64,000 nt of DNA from positions 45,012,001 to 45,076,000 of the forward strand of contig OX597825.1 of NCBI GenBank assembly GCA_951406725.2, written 5' to 3'. This stretch comes from Octopus vulgaris (lineage: Eukaryota). Both the position numbers and the translations under genes were made by a program. The notes under the pieces are model-generated. The model made no database searches, was not told where the DNA came from, and worked only from the letters and a program-made list of their open reading frames with translations. Shown in pieces: positions 9,833-22,673 of the stretch (the first letter of the stretch is position 1; every line of letters starts with the position of its first letter).

Positions 9833-11412
9833 CTGAAATGGTGAACATTTAATTGAAGAAATATACAGAAACAAAATTATCTGAAACCAAATTTATTACC
9901 TGCTTTGATTTCCAGTATTAAGTTACTAAATCTCTCAAGGAAATGTATAAATATCTACAACCTCATTTTTTTTCTTATTTGTGCTTATTGATATATATGA
10001 AGTACATCAACAAGCAATTGGCTGGCTGCTTACATAACAAACTTTATAGAAGTTTATAAAGTCCTTTCCACTATGAATCAAACAAGCATAGATATTACAT
10101 TTTTGTCGTATTTAAGAACTTCAATCCCAAGCATTTGTCCTCTTCAGGTAATAGAATTACACCATCATTCCACTACCTGGCTAAAATCTTCAAAATCTCT
10201 ACTAAAATAAAGTGTAATTAAATATTAGGTTTCTTTTGTGAAAACACACAAAGAAAGAAAATGTTTTAGACCACTTTCTAAATATTTTAAATCTAGAAGA
10301 AATAGAAATTTAGTCTTGCTCCCAATTCTTCACCCAGTGCATATTAGAAGGTATCCAGTGCAAAACTTTCTACCTAACATGCTAACCTAATGCCACAATC
10401 AGTCTAACAAGAGACCTTCCACTAGGTCATTCTGTCTGCTAGAAATAGCAACCTATTGAGTCTCAAATCACATTCTTCAAAAAGGAAAAGCACATCAAAT
10501 AAGGTAGTTCTGGGGGCATCATGTCTAAAAAAGCTGAAATAACCAGGGAGGGAATGAATTTGATAAAAAATCTGTTCAATCAGATCTGATTTGAGGCTAA
10601 CAACGGCAACCCAGTGTGATATGTGTCCTCAGTCTATTCCTTCTACCTTTTGTCAATAGTATCTACTTCTCTAAACATGCTTGCTCTATCACAACCCACT
10701 GAATTACATATGTAATAGATCACTCACTCTAAAATATGCGGTTACCAGAACCAAATAGACAGAGGCTAATCAACAGCAACAACATATCCATACTACTGAT
10801 ATGTGGGATCATGAGTCAAATTTCAAGAAACTTGATTTCTTGAAATTTGTCATTTCTCATATGGCATCTTCCCTTGAAACTTTGCAAATAGCCATTTCAA
10901 TATATTTGTTGATGATCTACAAACAGAAAATATTCCCATATGCAACTAATGCTATTTTCACAAGCTCAAATAGAAGAAATATTTAATATATTCAAAACCA
11001 GAAATGAACTGATCTGACTTTTGTTACTTAATACTTTCTTTATGATACTAAATTATTCATTCAAAATATAGACACATTAATTTTGTGACAGAGAAAACAA
11101 ACTGCATCATGGAATGTATAATTCCAAAATATAAAACTTGTGTCAATTCACTTGAGTGACCAATTGATTGTATTACATCAACAGGTCAATTGACACCAAA
11201 GTTCTTTAGGAGTAACAGTTGTTCTTTCTCTTGATAGAAATACGTACAGGTTCAACTAACTGCCAAAAATATTACTATTTGTCATTTCTACCATATTCAA
11301 TGGCATTTCAAACTATTTTTATCATGGTAACTGGATAGCTTATTTTTTTTACAAATTCAGAAATGAAATGGAAAAGGAAGACCATAAGTTTACAAATATA
11401 TCATAACATTAC

Positions 11413-11533
11413 CTCTTAAAAGAAAAGCTTTTTTATATATTTCCCAGGCACAATATCTGGACTTATTTACTGGATTTGCATAGTGTTTGAGATACTCAGG
11501 AAGTTCATTGAGAAGTATATTAAAAGAAGATTC
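11413..11533 (-). CDS. IQCH: IQCH-like exon E (121 nt): ESSFNILLNELPEYLKHYANPVNKSRYCAWEIYKKAFLLR
   Basis: AAG acceptor, GTAATG donor, phase 0 to 1; resembles HAQPVN..W..F in IQCH; not in the ORF track. Confidence 0.85.
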
Positions 11534-11654
11534 CTTTTAAAAGAAAAGTAAGGTTTAATAAAAAAAAGTTTACATGTACATATAATGCTTATGCTAAAGC
11601 TTCAAAAATTCAATATAAAACCAATATCAAAAAATAATGCAATGTGTAACTCAC

Positions 11655-11840
11655 ATGAGCCCATTTATGGGTCCATTTGTCTCCATATCGAATTGCTTCT
11701 TTATAGATTTGAACAAAGCATTTCAAATGCATAATATCACAATAGGCTATACCATTGCTAGAAACAGTTGTGTCAAATTTCAAAAGCCACCTTCCTATTG
11801 TCAAGTTTTCAATAATTAATTGAGCCAAAGACTCATGAAG
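11655..11840 (-). CDS. IQCH: IQCH-like exon D (186 nt): LHESLAQLIIENLTIGRWLLKFD...DKWTHKWAH
   Basis: TTTCAG acceptor, GTGAGT donor, 62 codons; resembles LSQLI..RWLFKMD..G.AFCDI..W.KKWAQ. Confidence 0.88.
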
Positions 11841-12490
11841 CTGAAATAGAGACAGATGCTTAATAGATATGAAAGGAACTTAAAATTATTTACTTTTCAT
11901 TTTTGCTTTTTTTAGGAATTAATGTGTAAAGGGTAGTGAATATAGTTTTAATAATATAGTAATTGTAATAATGAATATACTAAAAATACTCATGAAATTT
12001 ATTCAGAGATTTTTTTTCTGTTTCTATGAAAAAAAAAAACATTAAACATCAAAAATTTGAAATCATCGATTATAAAGATTTAAATAAAAATGAGCAGTGA
12101 AGATAGCTGAGATGGTAGAATGCCAGGTGAAATGTATTTCATATAAATAAATGACCTTAGTTTAATTTCTCTGTATTTTGTATTCAAATTCTGACAGGAT
12201 ATCTGTCAGAAGAATTGGCACCCATTGAGAATAAACCTTCATCATACCAAGTTCATTGTGCAAAGTATTCTCAACTCTTTCATGAGGTATGCTAATTGAG
12301 ATGATATAATAAACAACTGTTAAATACAAAGGTTAATTCAATGAAACAAGCTAGGAAAATACTTTTTGTACATAATTAAAAGAACAATATCCAAATGAGC
12401 ACAATACTGTCAGTAATCTATTGATCAGCAAAGTCTATCACCAAGGTTTCATACCTAGTTGTAACTATAATCATTTCTCATATGTTATTA

Positions 12491-13707
12491 CAAGGCTCAG
12501 CTGAAAAGTTCATAGGCTGACTATAAAGGAGTGATGCATTAATTTTAACTCTACTTATTAATAACTGCATTATTTCTTTCCAGGTAACCAGCATCTAATT
12601 GTTTAAAGAAAACTTAAAAAGTAACAAGTAATGACATCTCTTGAAAATTGACAAAATTGACAAGTACTTGCAGGAAAAGGGTTTAGCATCTAGGGACATT
12701 CATGCTGACATAGTTGCTACATTTGGAGATAACTCTCCAGCTTTATCAACAGTGCAAAAGGGGGCAACTGAATTTAGGAGAGGAAGAGAGAGTGTTGAAG
12801 ATGACCCAAGGTCTGGACATCCTAGAACTGCAACCACTGAGGAAAACATTAATCCTGTTCACCACATGATGATGAACAACAGGCAATTGACTATAAATCA
12901 AATAGCCAATGCTATTAGCATACCTCACAAGGGAGTTGAGAATACTTTGCACAATAAACTTAATATGATGGAGGTTTCTGCTTGGTGGGTGTCAAGTCTT
13001 CTGATACCTGTTCAAAAGTGCACCAGAATGATCACATCATGAGAAAATCTAACATTGTTTCAGGCAGATCCAACTGATTTCCTTGAATGTTGCCTAAGCT
13101 TCATCACCTTGAGCCAGAGACAATACATGCAGTGGAAACACTTCTCCATTGCTCTAAAGAAAACCATGTTCATTTCATCTGCAGGGAAGGTGATGGCCTC
13201 AGTTTTTTTGAATACAAAAGGCAATGTATTTATTGCCTATTTTCAAAAGGGTCACACCATCAATGGAGAGTACTATGCCAACTTGCTGAGGTAATTACAA
13301 AAGGCACTCAAGATCAAACACCCAGGAAAAACTGATGAAAGGGGTCTTGTTTCATCAGGACAATGCTCCAGCACACAAATACTTCCTTTCAATGACTGTT
13401 GTGCATGACCGAGGCTTTGGACTGGTTGATCACCCTCCCTATTCTCCTGATTTGGCTCCATCAACTACCATCTCTTCCCCAACAGGAAAGAAATATTTGG
13501 CTGGGATCCAGTATCACAGTGATGATGACATTCTAATTTTTGTGACCGACAGGATGAAAAATTCTTCAACAATGAGATCCAAGCACTGCAATACCAATGG
13601 AAGAAGTGTGTGGTCACAGTGGGGGATTATGTTGAAAAATAAACCTCATTTGGTCACATTCCATGAAAGTTTCTTGATCAACCAATGAACTTACCAGTTG
13701 ACCCTTG
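12491..13707 (+). mobile_element. Decayed mariner (Tc1/mariner) transposon
   Basis: TA on both flanks; imperfect TIRs CAAGGCTCAGCTGAAAAGTTCAT / ATGAACTTACCAGTTGACCCTTG; broken transposase with EDDPRSGHP, AGKVMASVF, LFHQDNAPAH, HPPYSPDLAPS. Confidence 0.92.
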
Positions 13708-13794
13708 TAATAGCAAAAAAAAAAGATATTAACATCACACAACTGCATTTCCTTTCTCAACAAATATGACACTATGTAGGTATTTAAGAAACAT

Positions 13795-14330
13795 CACCAT
13801 CATCATCATCATATAACATCTGCTTTCCATGCTAGCATGGGTTGGACAATTTCACAGAGGACTGACGAACCAGATGGCTGCACCAGGCTCCAATCTGATC
13901 TGGCAGAGTTTCTACAGCTGGATGCCCTTCCTAACGCCAACTACTCCAAGAGTGTAGTGGGTGCTTTTATGTGCCACTGGCACGAAGGTCAGTCAGGCAG
14001 TACTGGCAACGGCCATGCTCAAATGGTGTTTTTTACATGTCACCTGCACAGGAGCCAGTCCAGCGGCACTGGCAATGACCTTGCTTGAATGCTTTTTCAC
14101 GTGCCACTGGCATTTTTATGTGTCACTAGGATGGAAGCCAGTCAGCTGCTCTGGCAATGATCATGTTTGGATGGTGCTCTTAGCACTCCACTGGCACAGG
14201 TGCCAGTCATCGAATTTGATTTGATTTCGATTTCACTTGCCTCAACAGGTCTTTGCAAGCAGAGTTTAGTGTCCAATGAAGGAAAGGATATGCATAAATG
14301 GGCTGGTTACACCCCTGGCATAGGCCAAGG
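13795..14330 (-). mobile_element. 5'-truncated RTE 3'-end fragment with (GAT)n tail
   Basis: CATCAT tail, then TTCCATGCTAGCATGGGTTGGAC..GGATGCCCTTCCTAACGCCAAC, matching the 3' end of the RTE at 19380-19546. Confidence 0.8.
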
Positions 14331-14419
14331 CACTTACAACTCAGATTCTATTTCTAAACAGTACAATTCCCCACACACACATACACACACATATTGATTA
14401 ATGTAAAGAGTCTGAACCA

Positions 14420-16450
14420 TTTAGCTGATGATCTAGAGAGCCAAATCTATAAAGTATTTCTCACAATATGGGTTTCTTTGCACTGTCACAGACTTTAACT
14501 AAATCATAAAAAATTAAAATGACAGGTTTCTGTAAGTCTTTTGCCTTTCATTACAACTATCTGGCCAAAAGTATCCTATCAACTGTGCCTTTTTGAGGAT
14601 TTTGAGATTCAGGCAAGATTTGTTCAGAAAGTTGGTAAAGCCAATTTTCTGGAGGAGTCTCTGGATTAAGATATTGTCATCAGTATATAAAAGAGAGATT
14701 CCTTTAGGGTTTCCATGCCATTGAATATGGTAGAAATGACAAATAGTAAGATGACCACAATAACAGTATCTTCAATGCTGTTAGCTACAGATCTTTGCAC
14801 CTATATTTGCAGAATCAGGTGGCAAAAACTAACCTTTAAAGATGTTCCTCCCCACTTCTATAGTACAGTGGGAATGGAATTAAGACCAGGTGTCTTGTAG
14901 TCATGCATCAGACATTTGCAGTATCCATTTCTGTTTGATATGTAGAAGTTGCCATTCATGTCTGCTTTAGGAATGTGGAAAGATGAGCATAGCAATTATC
15001 TGATAGTGTTGATTCAATAAGAGAGTGCCTTACCACAGTGAATTTACTCCTGAATTCAACATCAGTTGGGTTTTAGCAGAGAGGAATGTTTACACCTTGT
15101 TTTCAATGTTTCTGAAAGCTATATTAATGAAAATAAGTTAAGATGCCAACCTTTGAGTTATCATTTAATGCAGGTGAACTGGGGAGTTTGTCAATTTCTG
15201 ACAATTCAGAGCAAAAGCTTTCTATGACCATAATCTGTTAGCTACAGAATGCAGATGAGTGTGTCTATAAAGCAACATTTTCAGCCATTTATTTAAACTT
15301 TCTCTGCTAACTCATCAAATTCAATTACATGAAATAGATGGGGTTTGAGATTTAAATTTGATAATTTTCTAAGATTTTAATTCTTGTGTATAAGGGGCTC
15401 ACTGAACTTGAAGTGCCCTGGGCCCAACCGTGGTTTAAATCTGGTCCTGCTTCAACATAGCTTTGACTTTGAAGTGACACCAAAGGAGAAGAAAAGATGA
15501 AAATCACTACTTTCTCTTTCTATCTTTAAAAAACAATGGCAGTAGTGAGACAATAGAGAGCAAGAAATATACTGTCTACTTCAGTATGTCAGTTTTGAGT
15601 TCACACCTTTTTTTTCTTACTCGCAGGACCTGGAGGAATAGCTTCTACAATACTTCTAGACTCATGAAATAGTTGCGCCATTAATGTTCATGAAACTTGC
15701 TATCCTTTGTGGGAAAGATACGGGCTGTAAAGAATTCCAAAGACACAACAAGGGAATTGAGAGAAGAAAGAAGTGGGATGGCAATGCTTGGATGGAGGTG
15801 GCATGAGCCCAGTAGCTCCAAGGCATAGAGATCATTATATAGTAATGGTAAAAAAGGTAGAAAAAGGAAATGGTATTGAGAGTAACAACATTGCTTTTAC
15901 CATATTCCTCTGAGGCAAGAGCCTATAGGAGAATGATAGAGAAGAGTAGATAATCAGTGGATCTTGGGGAAACCACACTGGTAGTCATTATGAAGAGAGA
16001 GACATTCAAGTTGTTGAAAAGCGTCTTTACCTCAGAGGAAATAAAGTCATTATTGCTGAGATAAGTGAGTGACAAGAAAAGTGGAAGCTACATATGCAAA
16101 GACATCACTTTTGAGGTGAAATTAGGATAAGACTAGTTGGAGATTTGTATCTGAGAGATAAATAAGAAAGTGTGGACTGCATGTAAATAACAGATGATGA
16201 GTGGGATTTAGATTGGAAGTTCACAGATATTGGTGGTGAAAAGAGAAAATTGTCCAGTGAGTTAACTTGTGGTTTTTGGCATTTTGAGAAAGAGCAGATG
16301 GTGGCATTGCATTGAAAAATCATGACAGTGTCAAGCTTGAGTTCTGGACTGAATACCTGCAACAGAGCATGTCTGCTATAGGAACCAAGGGCCAAGCAAT
16401 GGTGTCAAACTGAGCAATACCATGTACTAATCACCAAAAAGGATAATGTG
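14420..16450 (-). pseudogene. Heavily decayed LINE reverse-transcriptase remnant
   Basis: Minus-strand fragments such as YTDDNIL (~14680, YADD-like), AKTQ and DYQCGF (~15975, QYGFR-like); many stops; boundaries approximate. Confidence 0.45.
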
Positions 16451-16539
16451 ACTACAATGTAGTAGAAGAGTAACAAAGGAATAACAAGATTTGAAGGATT
16501 GATAGCTTTTTGTTGTTTTAATCATAATAGCATATTGGT

Positions 16540-16855
16540 AGTTGTAGTTGTGGCAACAGCAGTAATGCAATAGCAACAGTTACAGTATCAGAAGTGGTAG
16601 CAGCAGTAACAATAGCAGTAGCAGCAATAGCAGTAGTAGCAGCAGATGTTGAAGCAGTAGAAGTAGAAATCAAAGGCAGTTGCAGCAGCAAAAGCAATTG
16701 TCACAGCAGTAAGCAGAAGCAGTAGCAAAGGCAATAGTAGTAGAATCAGTAAGCAACAGCTGCACTAATAGTAGCATCAGTAGCAGCAGTATTAAGTGCG
16801 GCAGCAAAAGCAACAGCAGCAATTGTAGTAATAACAATAAAAGCAGAAAAGGCAG
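16540..16855. repeat. Degenerate (AGC/AGT)n microsatellite
   Basis: GCAGTA/GCAATA/GCAGCA low-complexity tract. Confidence 0.8.
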
Positions 16856-16976
16856 TGTTTGTTTATTTGTCAAAATTTGTGAAGTTTTTTTCCAAACAGC
16901 TTTGCTAGAGTAGTTGTTGAGTACTTTGCCAGATGTAGTTGTTGATTAAGGTACAATAATAAAATTCAGAAAGACA

Positions 16977-19546
16977 GACAGTGTGTGAGAGAGAATCGTG
17001 ACGTGGTAGGAGAGAAATGTGTTCGCAAGGATGACGGTTCACTTGCGCTAAATGAGGTTGCTGAATGAGGAAAATGAATGGGATAAAGAGAGTCTGCCGA
17101 ATGTCGACCCAACAGAGGGACCAGCAATCCGAGTTAACAGTTCCTTAGTAGTTAAGGCAATTACAAGCATGAAAACAGGGAAAGCTCCACGCCCATCAGG
17201 AATTACTGCAGAGATGCTCAAAATATCTGGTAGTGTCGGCTATAGCCTAGTCACCCGTATAGTTAACCAGGTGATACACGAAGGAGTCATACCCAATGAC
17301 TGGTGTAGCAGCATAATAGTCAACTGCTACAAAGGTAAAGGTGACGCCCTAGATACGAATAACTACAGGGGTATCAAGCTGCTGGATCAGGTAATGAAGG
17401 TTACGGAGAGGGTTATAGCCCAATTAATTAGAGAGAGAGTTAGCTTAGATGAGATGCAGTTTGGGTTCGTGCCAGGAAAAAGTACTACTACCTAGCCAAA
17501 GATAAGCCCCTGTACCTGGCTTTTGTTGACATGGAGAAAGCCTTTGACAGGGTCCCCCGATCCCTTATCTGGTGGTCAATGAGGAAACTAGGGATAGATG
17601 AATGGTTAGTGAGAGCTGTGCGAGCCATGTACAGAGACGCTGCTAGTAAGGTGAGGGTTGGCAACGAGTACAGTGAAGAATTCCAGGTAGAGGTTGGGGT
17701 CCACCAAGGTTCAGTCCTCAGTCCCCTCCTATTTATCATAGTCCTCCAGGCAATAACGGAGGAATTCAAGACAGGATGCCCCTGGGAGCTCCTCTATGCT
17801 GATGACCTTGTTCTAATTGCTGAGTCACTATCAGAACTGGAGGAGAAGTTTCAGGTGTGGAATCAAGGATTAGAATCGAAGGGCCTTAGAACCAACCTAG
17901 CCAAAACCAAAGTCCTAATAAGTAGGAAGGTGGACCAATCACAAACGACTTCAGGTAGATGGCCCTGCTCGATCTGAAAAAAGGTGTAGGTAGAAACTCT
18001 ATAAGGTGCACCAGGGGTAAGCTATGGACACATAAGAGGTGCAGCAATGTCAAAGGAAGGCTAACTAGGAAAATAGTTTTTGTCTGTGGCAGATGCTCAG
18101 GAGCAATAAACACTGGAAATGTGCAGAGACCAACTTCTACCACGTTCCAGGGAGACAAACTAGAAGTAGTTGATAGCTTCCGCTACCTAGGTGACCAAGT
18201 CAGTAGTGGGGGTGGGTGTGCTAAAAGTGTAACTGCTAGAGTAAGAATAGCCTGGGCAAAGTTTAGAGAGCTCTTACCCCTGCTGGTGACAAAAGGCCTC
18301 TCGCTCAGAGTAAAAGGCAGACTGTATGATGCGTGTGTACGTACAGCCATGCTACATGGTAGTGAAACATGGGCCGTGACTGCTGAGGATATGCGTAAGC
18401 TTGCAAGAAATGAAGCCAGTATGCTCTGATGGATGTGTAATGTCAGTGTTCATAATCGACAGAGTGTAAGTACCTTGAGAGAAAAGTTGAACCTAAGAAG
18501 CATCAGTTGTGGTGTGCAAGAGAGACGTCTGCGCCGGTATGGTCATGTGACAAGAATGGCTGAAGATAGTTGTGTGCAAAAGTGCTACACCCTAGCAGTT
18601 GAGGGAACCTGTGGAAGAGGTAGACCCAGGAAAACCTGGGACGAGGTGGTGAAGCATGAACTTCGAACTTTAGGTCTCACCAAGGAAATGACTAGAGACC
18701 GAGACCTATGGAAGTATGCTGTGCGTGAGAAGACCCGGCAAGACTAGTGAGGCCATAACCCGTGGCCTCTACCTGGTATGTAGCCAGTTGACTTATACAT
18801 ACCTTTCCTTCTTGGGACACAAAACTCCACTTGCGAAGACCCGTTGAGGCAAGTGAAAATCAAAAAAATTAAAAAATCAAAAAATCAAAATCAAAATCAA
18901 AATCAAATCAGATATCAGAAAGCAGAACCAAAATCGAAGTCGATCAACATCAATGGAAATTGCGGCTGTGATACCAGTGCCGGTGACAAGTAAGCGAACC
19001 ATCCGATTGTGGCCATTGCCAGTACCGCCCCGACTGGCCTCCGTGCCGGTGGCACATAAAAGCACCATCCGTTCGTGTCCATTGCCAGCCTCGCCTGGCC
19101 CCCATACCGGTGGCACATAAAAGCACCATCCGTTCGTGGCCACTGCCAGCCTCGCCTGGCCCTCGTGCCGGTGGGACGTAAAAAGCACCATCCGTTCGTG
19201 GCCGTTGCCAGCACCGCCCCGACTGGCCTCTGTGCCGGTGGCACGTAAAAGCACCATCCATTCGTGTCCGCTGCAAGCCTCGCCTGGCCCCCGTGCCGGT
19301 GGCACGTAAAAGCACCATCCGTTCGTGGCCGTTTGCCAATACCGTCTGGTGCCTGTGCGGGTGGCACGTAAAAAGCACCCACTACACTCGCGGAGTGGTT
19401 GGCATTAGGAAGGGCATCCAGCCGTAGAAACACTGCCAGATCAGACTGGGCCTGATGCAGCCTTCTGGCTTCACAGACCCCAGTTGAACCGTCCAACCCA
19501 TGCTAGCATGGAAAACGGACGCTAAATGATGATGATGATGATGATG
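16977..19546 (+). mobile_element. 5'-truncated RTE-clade LINE: broken RT, repetitive 3'UTR, (GAT)n tail
   Basis: NYRGIKLL, QFGFVPGKST, DMEKAFDRVPR, GVHQGSVLSPLLF, LLYADDL, FRYLG, MLHGSETW, RGRPRKTW, with small deletions and stops. Confidence 0.93.
18990..19385 (+). repeat. ~57-62-bp GC-rich tandem repeat in the RTE 3'UTR
   Basis: About six copies of AAAAGCACCATCCGTTCGTGGCC..GCCAGC..GTGCCGGTGGCACGTA. Confidence 0.9.
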
Positions 19547-19892
19547 ACAGATTGTTGTTGTTGATTTGGTTAGGTAAAAATCAAAGATTAACAATAAATA
19601 AAAAAATTTAGCTGCTAGATGAATAGAATTTACCTAATAAGTTGAAATAACAGGTATCAGATAATTTTATTGTGTTTTACTGGTGATCAAAGGTAGATTT
19701 TGATGTTTTACTTAGTTTTTTTTCATCTGCGCAGCTAGTTTTGCAATGTGATAAGCATTGATGTGCTTATTAGAACCATATATTTCTGTCTTGCTTTGTT
19801 CACAATCAACAGAAAAACATTATTCTGCTAGTATCTTTGTCCGATAAGTTGAGATTATGTACATATATGAAGAAAGTTATTTCAAACATATA

Positions 19893-20122
19893 TTTCTTTA
19901 CTGCCCACAAGGGGCTAAACACAGAGGGGGCAAACAAGGTCAGACAAACGGATTAAGTCGATTACATCGACCCCAGTGCGTAACTGGTACTTAATTTATC
20001 GACCCCCAAAGGATGAAAGGCAAAGTCGACCTCGGCGGAATTTGAACTCACAACGTCATGCCAGACGAAATACCGCTAAGCATTTCGCCCGGCGTGCTAA
20101 CGGTTCTGCCAGCTCGCCGCCT
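19893..20122 (-). mobile_element. tRNA-derived SINE (second family); decayed relatives near 20330-20545 and 28545-28680
   Basis: GGCGGCGAGCTGGCAGAA head, B-box-like GAGTTCAAATTCC, core GGTCGACTTTGCCTTTCATCC..GTCGATAAATTAAGTACCAG. Confidence 0.75.
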
Positions 20123-20569
20123 TTCAAACATATATTCAGTGCATGCACTGCACGTTCACAAAATGTATTTTATTTCTACCTAATCAAAATAACTATTTCA
20201 GATTTACACAAGTAATGAGTGAGTGGTACCAGTCTGTTAGGCCTAAAGTTAAAATCTTGTTTATTATGGTACCGCAACCAAAACTCATCCCCCAACTTCA
20301 ATCTATCATGTGTACCATTTCACTCTTAATAACAGTTTCAAATTTTGGCACAAGACTAGCAGTTTTAAAGAGGGAGAAAGTCAATTATACTGACCCCAGT
20401 GTGAAACTGATACTTATTTTATTGACCTCAAAAGGATGAAAAGCAAAGTTGACCTTAGCAGAATTTAAATCAGAACAGAAAGACAAATGAAATTCTGCTA
20501 AGCATTTTGCCTGGCATGCTAGGGATTCTGCCAGATCACTCCCTTGTTTCACTTATAATTATAAAAACA

Positions 20570-21735
20570 ATTCACTGCCAGAACTAGAGAAGAAATTTCA
20601 AGTGTGGAAGCAAGGTTTAGAATCAAAGGTCCTTAGAGTTGATTTAGCAAAAACTAAAGTCGTAATAAGTAGGAAAGAGGATAAATCACAAATCTCCAGT
20701 GGTAGATAGCCCTGCTTGATATGTAAGAAAAGTGTAGGGAGAAACTCCATAAGATGTACCCAGTGCAAGCGAGTAACACATAAGAAGTGCAGCAATATCA
20801 GAGGAAGGTTAACTAGGAAAATATTCTTTGTGTGTGGCAGGTGTATAAGTACAATAAACACTAGAATTGTACAGAAAATAGACTCCATCAAATGCCAGTG
20901 GGGATACCTACTGTAGAAGTAGTTGATAGCTTACATTATCTAGGTAACCAAGTCAGCAGCGGAGGTAGATACTCCGAGAGCATAGCCACTTGAATAAGAA
21001 TAGGCTGGGCAAAGCTCAGAGAGCTCCTACCTTTGTTGGTAACTAAGGGCTTCTCCTTCAGAGTGAAAGGCAGATTGTATGATGCCTGTGTGTGAACAAT
21101 CATGCTACATGGCCGTGAAATATGGGCAGTAATTGCTGAGAACATACAAAGGCTTGAAAGAAAAGAAGCTAATATGCTTCACTGGATGTGCAATGCCAGT
21201 GTACATGTACAAGAGAAATGTTGGCCATAAGAGACATCAGATATGGTGTGCAAGAGAGACAACTGTGCTGGTATGGTCATGTGATGAGTATGGACAAGGA
21301 CAGATGTGTAAAGAAATGCCGACCTCTAACTGTGGATGGATCCTGTGGAAGAAGTAGACCCAAGAAGACAGGACAAGGTGGTGAAGCATGATCTTCAAAT
21401 GTTGAGCCACATGGAGGCAATAACAAGTGACCAAGACCTTTGGTGATATGCTATGCTTGAGAAGAAGACCCATCAAGCCAAGTGAAATTGTAGTTGTGGC
21501 CAATGCTAGTGTCATGCAACTGACACCAGTGCTGGTGGTATGCAACTGACACCCATGCTGGTGGCATATAAAAAGCACCCATTACCCTCTTGAAGTGGTT
21601 GGCATTAGGAAGGGTATCTAGCCATAGAAGCCATGCCAAATCAGACTGGATCTTGGTGCAGCTGTCCAGCTTGTCGGTTCCAGTTAAACCATCTAACCCA
21701 TGCCAGCATGGAAAGCAGAATTTAAATGATGATGA

Positions 21736-21769
<34 letters not shown>

Positions 21770-21789
21770 GGTGGTGATGGTGATGGTAG

Positions 21790-21823
<34 letters not shown>

Positions 21824-21920
21824 GGTGGTGGTGGTGATGGTGATGATGATGATGATGATGGTGATGGTGGTGGTGGTGGTGGTGGTGGTGGTGGTGACGA
21901 TGATGACAATGATGATGATG
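20570..21920 (+). mobile_element. Decayed 5'-truncated RTE LINE with expanded (GAT/GGT)n tail
   Basis: Colinear with the 3' part of the 16977-19546 copy (CKKSVGRNSIRCTQC, WYGHV); microsatellite at 21727-21920. Confidence 0.85.
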
Positions 21921-22400
21921 AAAAACTCCATTTTTATAGACTGAAAAAAAATTAATAAAGCTAATGAAGCTAATTATCAGAGGATCATAATGAATCTGCA
22001 GTGACTTCCATAATGAAATTTCCCAACTGCTTTATTTATCATGACAAAGATAGTAGTTATAGAGTTCCTATCACCACAATGCCTTTTTAAGTCAATTTTA
22101 ATGGGGTTGGGGTTGTTTTATCTATAGGAATCCTTTATTATTGAATAACATATTGACTTAAGAACAGATGCCTCTGTGTAATGAGTTTCTTTTGAGATCA
22201 GCTATACAAAACAACAGTGAACTAAACCTCACTATGTTACTTATTTGTTGCAAGTCAGATAGAACCATTAAGACAAAGCACCTTAGCCAGAAATGCACAA
22301 TAAACTATCAATGCTCAACTCTTCATCTGTCAGTACAGCAGTTCCCTATAGATCCATGTTTTTAAATGCTTAAAAATGAATCCAAAAACAACCTACTTAC

Positions 22401-22673
22401 CTGCTCTTCAGTATAGATATCAAAAATTCCAGGTGGCATGTTTACTTCAGAACTCTGAAAAATTCGCTTGACTCCTGACTTTGTAGAATACAGTTGGGCT
22501 GTTTCAGGATCAGGACCAAGAATCGCTAAGTCTAATTGCTTAGCCACTTCCATGTCATCCATATAAACCATGCCTGGAACAATGTATGCTTCACGACCTT
22601 TCACTAAATTTTTTATTCTTCTCAGTGCTACAGGACTATATTTCAGCATTGATGCAAGACACATCTTTTTTCT
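22401..22673 (-). CDS. IQCH: IQCH-like exon C (273 nt): RKKMCLASMLKYSPVALRRIKNLVKGREAYIVPG...PPGIFDIYTEEQ
   Basis: TTTCAG acceptor, GTAAGT donor, 91 codons; strong resemblance to [46 protein letters not shown]. Confidence 0.92.

Noticed and set aside
18877-19496. CRISPR-like or repeat-protein reading of the ~60-bp repeats
   Set aside because: No unique spacers, no cas genes, eukaryotic context; these are RTE 3'UTR repeats
21451-21955. Poly-Pro/Ser, poly-Asp/Gly and poly-Met/Val ORFs
   Set aside because: Translations of the expanded (GAT/GGT)n RTE tail
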